Assembly: GCA_017470115.1 (NCBI GenBank)
Contig: JAFUEZ010000008.1
Location: 86,653 to 150,652 of the forward strand
Direction of reading: 5' to 3'
Length of the DNA stretch: 64,000 nucleotides
Source: Bacilli bacterium
Lineage (GTDB): Bacteria > Bacillota_I > Bacilli_A > RFN20 > CAG-826
The position numbers were made by a program, and so were the translations under genes. The stretch's first letter is position 1; every line of letters begins with the position of its first letter. The notes beneath the pieces are model-generated. The model was not told where the DNA came from and searched no databases. It saw only the letters and a program-made list of their open reading frames with translations. Shown in pieces: positions 1 to 9,633 of this stretch.

Positions 1-1017
1 AAATCATTTGAATTAACAAGACGTTGGAACACAGTCCCAGTTATTACTGATGGTACAGCTGTTTTAGGTTTAGGTGATATCGGTCCAGAAGCTGGTATGC
101 CAGTTATGGAAGGAAAATGTGCTTTATTTAAAGCATTTGGTGATGTTGATGCCTTTCCAATTTGTATCAAATCAAAAGACACTGAAGAAATTATCAAAAC
201 AATTAAGTTACTTTCTGGAAGCTTTGGCGGAATCAATCTTGAAGATATTTCAGCTCCACGTTGTTTTGAAATTGAGCGTAGACTTCAAGAAGAACTTGAA
301 ATACCTGTTTTCCATGATGATCAACATGGCACAGCTATCGTTACAGCGGCAGCACTTTTAAATGCTTTGAAATTGGCTAAAAAGAAAATTGAAGATATTA
401 AAGTTGTTATTAATGGTGCAGGAGCAGCAGGTATTGCAATTGCAAAATTATTGATGCAATTTGGTGTTAGAAGTTTAATTATTTGTGATAGTAAAGGCAT
501 TATTTGTGAAGGTGATCCTAGATTAAATAGCGAAAAAGCTGAACTTGCTAAAGTAACAAATAGAGGCCATTTACAAGGAAAACTTGCTGATGCAATGAAA
601 GGTGCTGATGTGTTTGTTGGTGTTTCTGTTGCTGGCTGCGTTTCAAAAGATATGGTTCGCTCAATGGCTGAAAAACCAATCTTATTTACATGCGCAAATC
701 CAGTTCCTGAAATTCTTCCAGAAGAAGCAAAAGAAGCTGGTGCATTCATTGTTGGAACAGGATCAAGTCAATATGCTAACCAAATTAATAATGTTTTAGT
801 TTTCCCTGGTTTATTTAGAGGAGCAATTGATGCAAAAGCTACAAAAGTAAATCTTGAAATGAAAATGGCTGCATCAGTTGGTATTGCAAGTTGTGTCAGC
901 GATGAAGAATTAAGTGTTGATTACATCTTGCCATATGCCTTTGATAAAAAAGCTCATGCAATTGTTGCTGAAAAAGTTAAAGAAGCAGCAATTAAGACTG
1001 GCGTTATTAGAAAATAG
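1..1017 (+). CDS. NAD(P)-dependent malic enzyme (5'-truncated by window edge)
   Basis: Frame open from base 1: TDGTAVLGLGDIG, PVMEGK, INLEDI, FHDDQHGTA, GAGAAG, ANPVPE, NQINNVLVFPG. Confidence 0.95.
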   Translation, partial: KSFELTRRWNTVPVITDGTAVLGLGDIGPEAGMPVMEGKCALFKAFGDVDAFPICIKSKDTEEIIKTIKLLSGSFGGINLEDISAPRCFEIERRLQEELEIPVFHDDQHGTAIVTAAALLNALKLAKKKIEDIKVVINGAGAAGIAIAKLLMQFGVRSLIICDSKGIICEGDPRLNSEKAELAKVTNRGHLQGKLADAMKGADVFVGVSVAGCVSKDMVRSMAEKPILFTCANPVPEILPEEAKEAGAFIVGTGSSQYANQINNVLVFPGLFRGAIDAKATKVNLEMKMAASVGIASCVSDEELSVDYILPYAFDKKAHAIVAEKVKEAAIKTGVIRK

Positions 1018-1080
1018 TTAAGATTAAATCTTAATAATGAAGAGGCTTAATAGAAGGCCTCCTTTTGCTTTCAAAATAAA

Positions 1081-1094
1081 TGTAACCGTTTTCA
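1081..1094. promoter_or_regulatory. cre-like (CcpA/LacI family) operator
   Basis: TGTAACCGTTTTCA fits the LacI/CcpA pseudo-palindrome with central CG. Confidence 0.55.
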
Positions 1095-1189
1095 TTGAAA
1101 ATAATGCTTGAATAAAATTTGCTTTGGATAAATAATTATTAACTTCAAAAAGGAAACCCGACCTTTTTGAGAATCAGGAGGTTTAATTT

Positions 1190-1333
1190 ATGCTTTTAAA
1201 CAGATTGTTTAAAAAGGTAAGTAAACGTAACTCCTTAAAAGATAGACCAAACAGAAATGAAAATGGGATACTCAATTTTATCGATAGTTACGTTACTTAC
1301 TACGATGTTAATAGTAGTAATAACATCAACTAA
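1190..1333 (+). CDS. small ORF, 47 aa (MLLNRLFKK...SSNNIN), unknown function
   Basis: AGGAGG at 1176-1181, ATG 1190, TAA 1331-1333, own downstream terminator. Confidence 0.45.
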   Translation: MLLNRLFKKVSKRNSLKDRPNRNENGILNFIDSYVTYYDVNSSNNIN

Positions 1334-1397
1334 GAAAAAAAGTTTTATAGATTGAAGTGCTTAATTTAAAATGAAGGACTTCACGGAACTTTAATTC

Positions 1398-1426
1398 AAC
1401 TATCTAGTCAACTAGATAGTTTTTTT
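1398..1426 (+). terminator. intrinsic terminator
   Basis: AACTATCTAG-tcaa-CTAGATAGTT followed by T-run. Confidence 0.8.
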
Positions 1427-1518
1427 ATTTGAGATACTTTACATCTAAAATTTTGCAGACTATACTAAATTAAAGCTATAAGGCAAAAATTTAAATTAAT
1501 TGGAAAGAAGGAAATATA

Positions 1519-2514
1519 ATGAAAAAATTATTTAAAGTAAGCGTTGCATTACTTGGATTTGCTCTATTATCGAGCTGTTCAAATATTGCTTTTGATGCTG
1601 ATATTATTATCACAATGAACGAACCAAGCTTTGCAAGTTATAAAAATGAAATAGAAAAAAGTGCTTTTGAAACTCAATTTAAAACTAGTTATGAAGAAAA
1701 TTTAAAAACAAAATTTGCTGAAAAAGACACTTTGGAACTATGGAAACTAAAAAGTGATGTTTCAACCGAATTAGAAGGTGCAGCTAAAGTTAATTTCAAT
1801 TGGGAACCTATAAAGGGCGATGTTATTAGCTTTGAACAAACAGCAAAACAAACTGGCAAAAATCAATTTGATTTTGATAAAAAGTTTGAAGCTGATGTAA
1901 AAGAAGAAAAAGAATTACTTAAGGCTAAAGGATCATCACTCTTTTCTAGTGTGAAATTTAAAGATATCGATGGTTCTGATGCAAGAGAGATTTATTTTAA
2001 CGATTTGAATGGTTCAGGTTTTAACACAACAATGAAAGTTTCTATGGGTGATTGCAAAATAAATCAATCTGAATATGTATCAGGGAAAGTAAAAACGTTT
2101 AGTGATGATAAGATGACTTATTCAGAAGATACTTCTATTTTAAGTGATTTTGAACATACCGCATTTGCACATTATCAAACTGAAGTCGAAGATAGAATTG
2201 GAGAACTTATGGATGGTTTAAAAAACGCTAAATATTATATTGATAGTGACGTTTTTACAGCTGTTCAAGAAGTTAAAGATGCTAAATATACTCCTACAAA
2301 TGGTAAGAGTGGGACTTACAACTTTAAAGCTATTGTTCAAGTTAATTTCAAAGAAGGTGTCTTTAAATATTCAAAGACTGAAAAAGGTGAAGAAAAAGAT
2401 AATAATGACCAAACTAAAAAACTAGAAGATATTCAATATGGTGAATTAAAAGTTAAAACTTCATCAGTCGATTTGGAAGCAAAAGATCCTTCTAAGTATT
2501 TCAAAGTTGATTAA
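1519..2514 (+). CDS. hypothetical lipoprotein
   Basis: MKK + hydrophobic stretch + LSSC lipobox; SD AAGGA. Confidence 0.75.
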   Translation: MKKLFKVSVALLGFALLSSCSNIAFDADIIITMNEPSFASYKNEIEKSAFETQFKTSYEENLKTKFAEKDTLELWKLKSDVSTELEGAAKVNFNWEPIKGDVISFEQTAKQTGKNQFDFDKKFEADVKEEKELLKAKGSSLFSSVKFKDIDGSDAREIYFNDLNGSGFNTTMKVSMGDCKINQSEYVSGKVKTFSDDKMTYSEDTSILSDFEHTAFAHYQTEVEDRIGELMDGLKNAKYYIDSDVFTAVQEVKDAKYTPTNGKSGTYNFKAIVQVNFKEGVFKYSKTEKGEEKDNNDQTKKLEDIQYGELKVKTSSVDLEAKDPSKYFKVD

Positions 2515-2534
2515 TTTTGAGCATTAATCATGAG

Positions 2535-2562
2535 ATAAAAGGCGATAATAATCGCCTTTTAT
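2535..2562. terminator. bidirectional terminator between convergent genes
   Basis: ATAAAAGGCGAT-aata-ATCGCCTTTTAT. Confidence 0.8.
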
Positions 2563-3818
2563 TTTCTATGTCCGCCAATTTGATTGTGGCGCTCTTTAAT
2601 AGTTGAAGCTTTTGTTAATGAATCAGCTCTTAAAACAGAATTTTTGCCATATTTATTTTGAAGTTCATCAATAGCAGTGAATAATTGCTCCTCTTTATTT
2701 TGAGCTTCATAATCTTCAAATAAAGATAGTTGTTTATTTTTGCTTGAAGTTAAACTACCAAAAGATATGTTTACTCCTCGAATTAATGCTTTTCTATCAG
2801 TGTATATATTATATAAATAAAGAAGAGAAGCGTATAAGTCGCTATTTAAATCAGTAGGTATTGTTAATTTCATTTGATGTGCATAGCCTTCTCCATGATG
2901 AGCTGCTAATGAATATCTAATGAATAAATGGACAGTTCCTGCCTTTACGTGATGTGTTCTTAATCTTATGCAAAGTTCATCATTCATTTCTTTTAAAATT
3001 AGTTTTGCCTCTTCAAAAGAATAATCGCGCATCAAAACTTGCCCTTGAGAAAGATTTGTACTAGTAGGTTGATATTTTTCTCTAATATCAGCATCATCTC
3101 TACCATTTGCATGTTCATATAAATCTTCACCTAAAACACCAAATTCTTTAACTAAAATTTCTTTAGGATAGTGTGCAACATCATAAACTGAATTAAGTCC
3201 AAGCATATTGAGTCGTTTTTCAAAACCTGCTGCAATTCCCCAAACTTTATTTAAAGGTTTAATAGGCCAAAGTTTAGTTGGGACATCTTCATAATTCCAT
3301 GTGTCGATATAATCTGGAGCTTTATTTTTTGCGCCTCGATCATCGGCCATTTTTGCTAAAAACATATTTGGTCCAATGCCACAAGTTGCGGTCAAGCTGG
3401 TTTCTTGCTTAATTTTTGTTAATATTCGTTTTGCAAGCTCATAAGGAGTGCATTTATATAGTTTTAAATATGGACCAACATTTAAAAACGATTCATCAAT
3501 TGAATATGTATGAATATCATCAATTCCAACAAAATCTAAAAATATCGATACAACTTTTGCGCTTGCTTTTACATATTTTTCCATTTGAGGCTTTGCAAGA
3601 ATCATACCTTCAATATTTTTAGGTAAATCACGTCTCCTGCAACGTGAAGGAACACCTAAAGATTTGAGATAAGGAGACACACTTAAAACAATCGTAGCTT
3701 CTTTACGTTCAGTATCTGTTACAGCAAGAGGGGTTGTAAAAGGATCGAGTCCTCTTTCGACACATTCAAATGAAGCATAAAAAGCTTTTAAGTCTATAAC
3801 GAATATACATTTTTCCAT
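2559..3818 (-). CDS. Y-family DNA polymerase (UmuC/DinB, YqjW-like)
   Basis: IDLKAFYASFEC, YSIDESF, GIGPNMFLAKMA, QLSLF clamp motif, C-terminal IGGH. Confidence 0.92.
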   Translation of the reverse strand: MEKCIFVIDLKAFYASFECVERGLDPFTTPLAVTDTERKEATIVLSVSPYLKSLGVPSRCRRRDLPKNIEGMILAKPQMEKYVKASAKVVSIFLDFVGIDDIHTYSIDESFLNVGPYLKLYKCTPYELAKRILTKIKQETSLTATCGIGPNMFLAKMADDRGAKNKAPDYIDTWNYEDVPTKLWPIKPLNKVWGIAAGFEKRLNMLGLNSVYDVAHYPKEILVKEFGVLGEDLYEHANGRDDADIREKYQPTSTNLSQGQVLMRDYSFEEAKLILKEMNDELCIRLRTHHVKAGTVHLFIRYSLAAHHGEGYAHQMKLTIPTDLNSDLYASLLYLYNIYTDRKALIRGVNISFGSLTSSKNKQLSLFEDYEAQNKEEQLFTAIDELQNKYGKNSVLRADSLTKASTIKERHNQIGGHRK

Positions 3819-3945
3819 TGTGTATAAATTTTAATTAATATTGCTGAAAAAAGAAATTAGAAAGAATAAAAACAGAATAAAAACGGAACAAACTAATTTA
3901 TAATTATTAATATTAGAAAATCTTGTTTTATACTATAATAATTTT

Positions 3946-4551
3946 ATGAAAAAGAAAACTATTGTAATAATGATCATCGTTGTTTCTTTGACTTGTGGTT
4001 CGATTATTCTATTTTTTTCTTCATTAATTAGTTACTTTGCTAATGATAAAAATAGAATTGAAACATATGAAGATTTAAGCTTATATACTGAAAATAGATA
4101 TCATAATCTTTATGATTATTCTATTTATGTTGGTGTAGCTAAATGTAGCGAAATCTTTTTTCCAAAATATGAAGAATTTGAATATAAAGACTACTTAAGT
4201 AATTTTTATATCTTTAATGGCTATAAGACCCTTATAAATGACGATTTATCTTTTGTGTTAGAGTTAGATTTAAAATCTTATAATGTTTATAATAATTTTT
4301 TAGAAGACGAATTAAATAGAATTGAATACACTGATGAATTTAACATTTCTTATAATGGGTATAAAACATATGTAACCTCTTCAAGCGAATTAACTTTTTT
4401 CAGTTACGGGAAAACTGCGCCTTATCAATTAGGATTGATTGCTTACAATGAAAATACTTTTAAAGTAAGATATATTTATTTCTGGACTTCATTTACGTCG
4501 CTTGAAGGCAATTTTACTCGGATATTTAAAAGCACAAATTGTGATTGGTAA
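3946..4551 (+). CDS. hypothetical membrane-anchored Tyr/Phe-rich protein
   Basis: N-terminal TM helix; no recognised family. Confidence 0.7.
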   Translation: MKKKTIVIMIIVVSLTCGSIILFFSSLISYFANDKNRIETYEDLSLYTENRYHNLYDYSIYVGVAKCSEIFFPKYEEFEYKDYLSNFYIFNGYKTLINDDLSFVLELDLKSYNVYNNFLEDELNRIEYTDEFNISYNGYKTYVTSSSELTFFSYGKTAPYQLGLIAYNENTFKVRYIYFWTSFTSLEGNFTRIFKSTNCDW

Positions 4552-4603
4552 TAATAAATTAGAGTCTTGAACTTAAAGTTGAGAATTTGGTATTAACATT
4601 GAT

Positions 4604-5785
4604 ATGAAAATTTTAAAAAAAATAACAACAATAATAATTTTTGGTACCTTAATATTGTCGCCTATTCTTATTCCTCTAACAATTTATGGCTTAGGTAATT
4701 GGTATCCACATTATTTACATATACCATGTTATTTTGAAGAAGAAGAAATTTTACTTTCGGATAATTATAATAATATATTTTATAGATCTCTACTTGGTCT
4801 TAGATCATTTAATGTGGATAGAAATGAAGATAAATTTGCATCATTTAATATAAACGGAATTTCATACCGAAGCAATTCGGTAGATGAAGACAGTTCTTAT
4901 TATTATTTTAATATTTTGCAGAATAATTACTTAGAAATGAATGCTTCACAATATATTTGTAAATACAATAAAGAATATAATTTAGTTTCTTTATGGGATA
5001 CTTCTGATTTAAATTGGGATATTGAAGATATTAAAGTGATTGGCTCTAAGCTCTATTGTTTAAGTTTTACGAGCGTAAAAGATAAAAGAAAAATATATAA
5101 TTTGTTTGAAATTGATATTGGTGAAAAGAAAAGAAAATTATTGGTTGATAACATTAAGGAAGACTTTGTATATATAAATTCTTCACAATCAATCTATATT
5201 TCCGTTGATTTAATTGGCAATTATGGCCTCATTATTAAGCAATCTGATAAAACTAAATTAATGGCAACTTGTGTATCAACAGAAATTTGTTTCGATAAAA
5301 TCAATCTTTGTATTACCAATAATCAAATTAACTTAATATATGACAATGAAACTTTTTGTATTAATGACAAAGTTAAGAATCCAAAATTTTACAAAAATGC
5401 ATATATCGAAAATAATAAGCTGATTTTTGCCACCTATGATTTTTCACCTAAGAATGAATGCGCAGGAGAAAACAGAGGTGGATACCATTGCGTATGTGGT
5501 TTTGGCAAATCTTATTTTTATATATTTGATTTAGAACTTAAAGAAATTTCTCTCCTAAAGGAATATCCTGAAAAAACATTGATTATTGATTATGATTTAA
5601 ATGGTCCGAAATATTACTATAATAAAAGATTATTTATTAATGATGTCTTTTTTAGAGAATGTGAAGAAATCAAAGAAGGAGAAACTCAAAAGCTTTATGG
5701 TTTTATGGCTACACTAAGAGAAGAATATTTGATATCTTATTTTTATTTTAAAGGAGAATTTTATTTTTATAAAACTAAACAATAA
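4604..5785 (+). CDS. hypothetical membrane-anchored protein, paralog of 24975..26174
   Basis: Shared C-terminal blocks PKFY..AY.EN.K, EC..C.C..G.S..Y.FDL, IIDY, YYYNK, R.CEEI..GE..KLY. Confidence 0.75.
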   Translation: MKILKKITTIIIFGTLILSPILIPLTIYGLGNWYPHYLHIPCYFEEEEILLSDNYNNIFYRSLLGLRSFNVDRNEDKFASFNINGISYRSNSVDEDSSYYYFNILQNNYLEMNASQYICKYNKEYNLVSLWDTSDLNWDIEDIKVIGSKLYCLSFTSVKDKRKIYNLFEIDIGEKKRKLLVDNIKEDFVYINSSQSIYISVDLIGNYGLIIKQSDKTKLMATCVSTEICFDKINLCITNNQINLIYDNETFCINDKVKNPKFYKNAYIENNKLIFATYDFSPKNECAGENRGGYHCVCGFGKSYFYIFDLELKEISLLKEYPEKTLIIDYDLNGPKYYYNKRLFINDVFFRECEEIKEGETQKLYGFMATLREEYLISYFYFKGEFYFYKTKQ

Positions 5786-5981
5786 TTCATGATTATCTAA
5801 AAGAAATAGTTCATAAAAGCAATAAAATAATCGAACACAATCTAATTTTCTTCTATAAATTAATGCGTGAAAATATATTTGATTATTCTGAATATTGTAA
5901 TTGTTATTTTGTAAAATGTTTTGAATTATAAATACAATTTGAATACTATTTATTGTAAAATTATAACGAGGTAAAAAAAAC

Positions 5982-6875
5982 ATGAAAGAAATATCATATA
6001 AAAACCAATTTGGAGATGTCCTTTTTGGCAACTCTTGGGAAATTGAAAATCCAGAAAAATTAATAATTATAATTACTGGTATGGCAGAGCATAGCGAAAG
6101 ATATGATGACTTTGCTAAATTTTTGAACTCTAATAAGATGAGTGTTTACTGTCTTGATCACTATGGACAAGGAGAAGGAAAAAATGGCGAACTTGGAAAT
6201 CCTGTTGATGGTTTCTTCTTCAAAATGCAAGATACTGTTTTTGAATTTTCTAAAAAATTAAGAGAAGAACATCCTGGCTTACCAGTTTACATATTCTCAC
6301 ACTCCATGGGTTCATTTGTTACTCAAGGCTATCTTGAAAAATACGGAGACTCCATTGATAAATTTGTCATCTGTGGAAGTAATGGGCCAAATGGCGCAGT
6401 CAAAATGGGTAAAACATTATCTCATATGATAGTCACTAAAAAGAATAGAAATAAAAAAGCTACGTTATTAAACGATCTTGCAATTGGATCATATTCAAAT
6501 CCACATAAGAAAGATTATAGTTTGAATGCATGGCTTTCTTACAACAAAGATAACGTTTTAAAATATGACGCAGATCCATATTCAGGATATGTTTGCACAA
6601 ATGGTTTCTATCGTTCATTTATGGATGGTATGGCATCTATTCAAAACAAGAAAAACCTTGCAAAAGTGAACAAAAATATTCCAATTTTAATTATTGCTGG
6701 TCAAGATGATCCTGTTGGAAATTTTGGAAAAGGTGTTAAAAAATTGTTTGAGCTTTATAAGAAATTTGACCTTAATGTTGAATGCAAAATTTATGAACAT
6801 ATGCGTCATGAAATTCTAAATGAAGACGAACATCAAAAGGTTTACGAAGATATTTTAGCGTTCTATAATAAATAG
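5982..6875 (+). CDS. alpha/beta hydrolase (lysophospholipase-like)
   Basis: GMAEH, DHYGQG, SHSMG nucleophile motif, G.DDPVG, RHEILNE. Confidence 0.9.
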   Translation: MKEISYKNQFGDVLFGNSWEIENPEKLIIIITGMAEHSERYDDFAKFLNSNKMSVYCLDHYGQGEGKNGELGNPVDGFFFKMQDTVFEFSKKLREEHPGLPVYIFSHSMGSFVTQGYLEKYGDSIDKFVICGSNGPNGAVKMGKTLSHMIVTKKNRNKKATLLNDLAIGSYSNPHKKDYSLNAWLSYNKDNVLKYDADPYSGYVCTNGFYRSFMDGMASIQNKKNLAKVNKNIPILIIAGQDDPVGNFGKGVKKLFELYKKFDLNVECKIYEHMRHEILNEDEHQKVYEDILAFYNK

Positions 6876-6877
6876 AC

Positions 6878-8530
6878 ATGAAAATATCTGCTTTGAATTT
6901 CAAATTATTATTTACATTATTAAATACGTTCGCAATCACAAGTTGCGGACTTTTTAATGGACGTAATTATGATGAAATAGATGTTGATCATAGTGTTGTA
7001 AACTTAAATTTAGTTAATAATGGATCAACAAGCGGAAACGTAATTAAACCAAATGATGTAACGCTGACTTTTACAAATTCTTCATTAAGCAAAACCGGAT
7101 TAAATGGTCATAAATATTTACCTTCTCCAACAGTAGGTGAAAAAGCAATTACAATTAAAGTTTTAGTTCCATTAATTCATTTTTCAGATTCTACAATTGT
7201 TTCCTCTTATAAAAGAAGTATTGTTGAAGAAAAAATTAAAAACGCATTTGAAGGAGTTACTCCGTTTTTAAGTGTTAAGGAATTTTATAAAAACGCCAGC
7301 AATAATTTAATCAATTTTGAGTTTGAATATACTGATTGGTTTGATGCTGGAAGCAGTTCAAATTGCACGGATGAAAAGATTACTTTTAATATAATTGATA
7401 AAGCTGTTAAAGAAGGAAAAATCGATGGCTCTGCTATAAATACAAGTGATTTTGATTCTAATAATGACGGATACATTGATGCAGTTTATGCAATTTATGA
7501 TGTGAGTAATTTTAAAAATACAAATTCAGAGAATCGCAATTTGTGGGCGTATACTTTGGATTATACACCAGTTGTTGGCAATAAAAATAATCCTAGAGCA
7601 AGAAACTTTTCGTGGGCAAGTTATGATTTTCTTGATGAAGGATATGGTGAAGGTTTTAGCGATCCACACACTCTAATTCATGAAACTGGTCATTTATTTG
7701 GCTTATATGATTATTATGATTACAATGCGAACTTTAGCCCAGTTTGTGCAGTTGATATGATGGATTATAACATTTGTGATTTGAATGCTTATTCAAAGAT
7801 AATCTCTGGATGGATGAAACCTTATATTGTTTATGGTGAAGCGACTATTAATTTAAACGAAGTAAAAGAGAATAATTCTTGCATTGTCGTTTTAGGTGAT
7901 AAAGAAAAATTAATCAAAGATAAAAACACAAACAAATATTTGTTTAATCCTTTTAACGAATATATGTTAGTTGAGAATTTCAACTATAATTCAAAAGCTA
8001 ATTTTGTTGACTTAGTTTCCGGATATGATCCTGTGAGTCTTGTTGGTGGAGATTCATATACTAAATCAGGTTATAAAATTTATCATATTGATAGTCCACA
8101 ACTTTTAATTCAAAAAGTTAAAAATTCTTATACATATGATTTTTATTACAGTCATAAGTATGTAGAAAACAAATCATCTTTACTTCAAAACATTATGACA
8201 AATACCTCATTTGGAGAGCAAAAGCGTGCAGAATCCAATTATTTTGAACAATTAGGAATTGAAAAGATAGATGAGAATTGTGATTATTTTAATGAAATTA
8301 CATTAATTGCAAAATCAACAAGGCACGAAATAAACTATAGAACTCTATATACTTATATAGATGAGAATAATGAAAAGAAGATTGAAAAAGCATCAAATGA
8401 TTTCTTATTTGATGTTGGCGATTCTTTCATTCCTAGTAGTTATAAAAATTATTTTGTTCATGGCGGAGATAGTTCATCGATCACTTTTGATAATAATTTA
8501 AAATTTTCTACCCAAATTAATTTTAACTAA
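6878..8530 (+). CDS. M6-like zinc metalloprotease lipoprotein
   Basis: ITSC lipobox, FDSNNDGYIDA, HETGHLFGLYDYYD, DMMD Met-turn. Confidence 0.8.
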   Translation: MKISALNFKLLFTLLNTFAITSCGLFNGRNYDEIDVDHSVVNLNLVNNGSTSGNVIKPNDVTLTFTNSSLSKTGLNGHKYLPSPTVGEKAITIKVLVPLIHFSDSTIVSSYKRSIVEEKIKNAFEGVTPFLSVKEFYKNASNNLINFEFEYTDWFDAGSSSNCTDEKITFNIIDKAVKEGKIDGSAINTSDFDSNNDGYIDAVYAIYDVSNFKNTNSENRNLWAYTLDYTPVVGNKNNPRARNFSWASYDFLDEGYGEGFSDPHTLIHETGHLFGLYDYYDYNANFSPVCAVDMMDYNICDLNAYSKIISGWMKPYIVYGEATINLNEVKENNSCIVVLGDKEKLIKDKNTNKYLFNPFNEYMLVENFNYNSKANFVDLVSGYDPVSLVGGDSYTKSGYKIYHIDSPQLLIQKVKNSYTYDFYYSHKYVENKSSLLQNIMTNTSFGEQKRAESNYFEQLGIEKIDENCDYFNEITLIAKSTRHEINYRTLYTYIDENNEKKIEKASNDFLFDVGDSFIPSSYKNYFVHGGDSSSITFDNNLKFSTQINFN

Positions 8531-8591
8531 ATATTTAATTAGCCTCCCTTTTGTGTTATATTTTTTGTATTGAAGTAGGAGGCTTTTATTT

Positions 8592-9566
8592 ATGATAAAA
8601 GATATTCTAGTATTCTCATTAACTTCAAGCATTGAACTCACTAACAAAGTGTGCGCTCTTCTAGGCATCGAAAGAAGCAAGAACGAGATTCTGCATTTTG
8701 CTGATGGTGAATGTCTTGCAACTTCATCAGTTGATGTAAGAGGCAAGAAAGTTTACATTATTCAATCTACATGTAAACCTGTTAATGATAGGATCATGGA
8801 GACACTTATCTTTATTGATGGTGTCAAAAGAGCTAACTGTCGTGAAGTGACAGTTATCATGCCATATTATGGCTACGCTAGACAAGATAGAATTGCTCAT
8901 TACAATGAACCAATTAGTGCGAGAATGGTCGCGGATTTATTCACTAATGCTGGAGTAAAACGTATATTGACCGTCGAATTACATACCGCGCAAATTCAAG
9001 GTTTCTTTGGAGTTCCAGTTGATAACCTATCACCTTCATTCTTATTTGCAAAATATTTGAACGAATATTTAGATACAAAAAATCCAGAAACATCAGGGAC
9101 AATTTCAGTGGTAGCTCCTGATCATGGTGCTTTATATAGAGCTCGTGATTTAGCTAACTTTATTCCTGATACAAGCTTAGTTGTTATCGATAAACGTAGA
9201 CCAAAAGCAAATGTAGCTGAAGTAGTTAATATCGTCGGTGATATCGAAGGTAAAACATGTATTATGATAGACGACATTATTGATACTGGCGGAACAATTT
9301 GTGCTGGTGCAAAAATGTTAAAAGAAAAAGGTGCAAAAGAAGTCATTATCTGCTGTACTCATGCTTTATTTAACGGCAACGCATTAGAAAAGATTAATGC
9401 TGCTGATTATATTAAACAAGTAGTTGTTACTGATACGATTGAGCATCCTGAATTCGAAGACAATTCTAAGATTAAAGTCATTTCAATTGCAGAAATGATT
9501 GCGGACGTTATTAGAAGTCACGAATCACACAAAGAAATTAAAAATCTATACGCAAGATTCCATTAA
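8592..9566 (+). CDS. prs: ribose-phosphate pyrophosphokinase
   Basis: FADGE, MPYYGYARQDR, QIQGFF, DKRR, MIDDIIDTGGT. Confidence 0.93.
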   Translation: MIKDILVFSLTSSIELTNKVCALLGIERSKNEILHFADGECLATSSVDVRGKKVYIIQSTCKPVNDRIMETLIFIDGVKRANCREVTVIMPYYGYARQDRIAHYNEPISARMVADLFTNAGVKRILTVELHTAQIQGFFGVPVDNLSPSFLFAKYLNEYLDTKNPETSGTISVVAPDHGALYRARDLANFIPDTSLVVIDKRRPKANVAEVVNIVGDIEGKTCIMIDDIIDTGGTICAGAKMLKEKGAKEVIICCTHALFNGNALEKINAADYIKQVVVTDTIEHPEFEDNSKIKVISIAEMIADVIRSHESHKEIKNLYARFH

Positions 9567-9567
9567 T

Positions 9568-9596
9568 AAAAGCGGACACGTAAGTGTTCGTTTTTT
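9568..9596 (+). terminator. intrinsic terminator
   Basis: GCGGACAC-gtaa-GTGTTCGT then T-run. Confidence 0.7.
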
Positions 9597-9633
9597 AATG
9601 AATTAAAGGCAACAAATCGATATAATTATTGAT

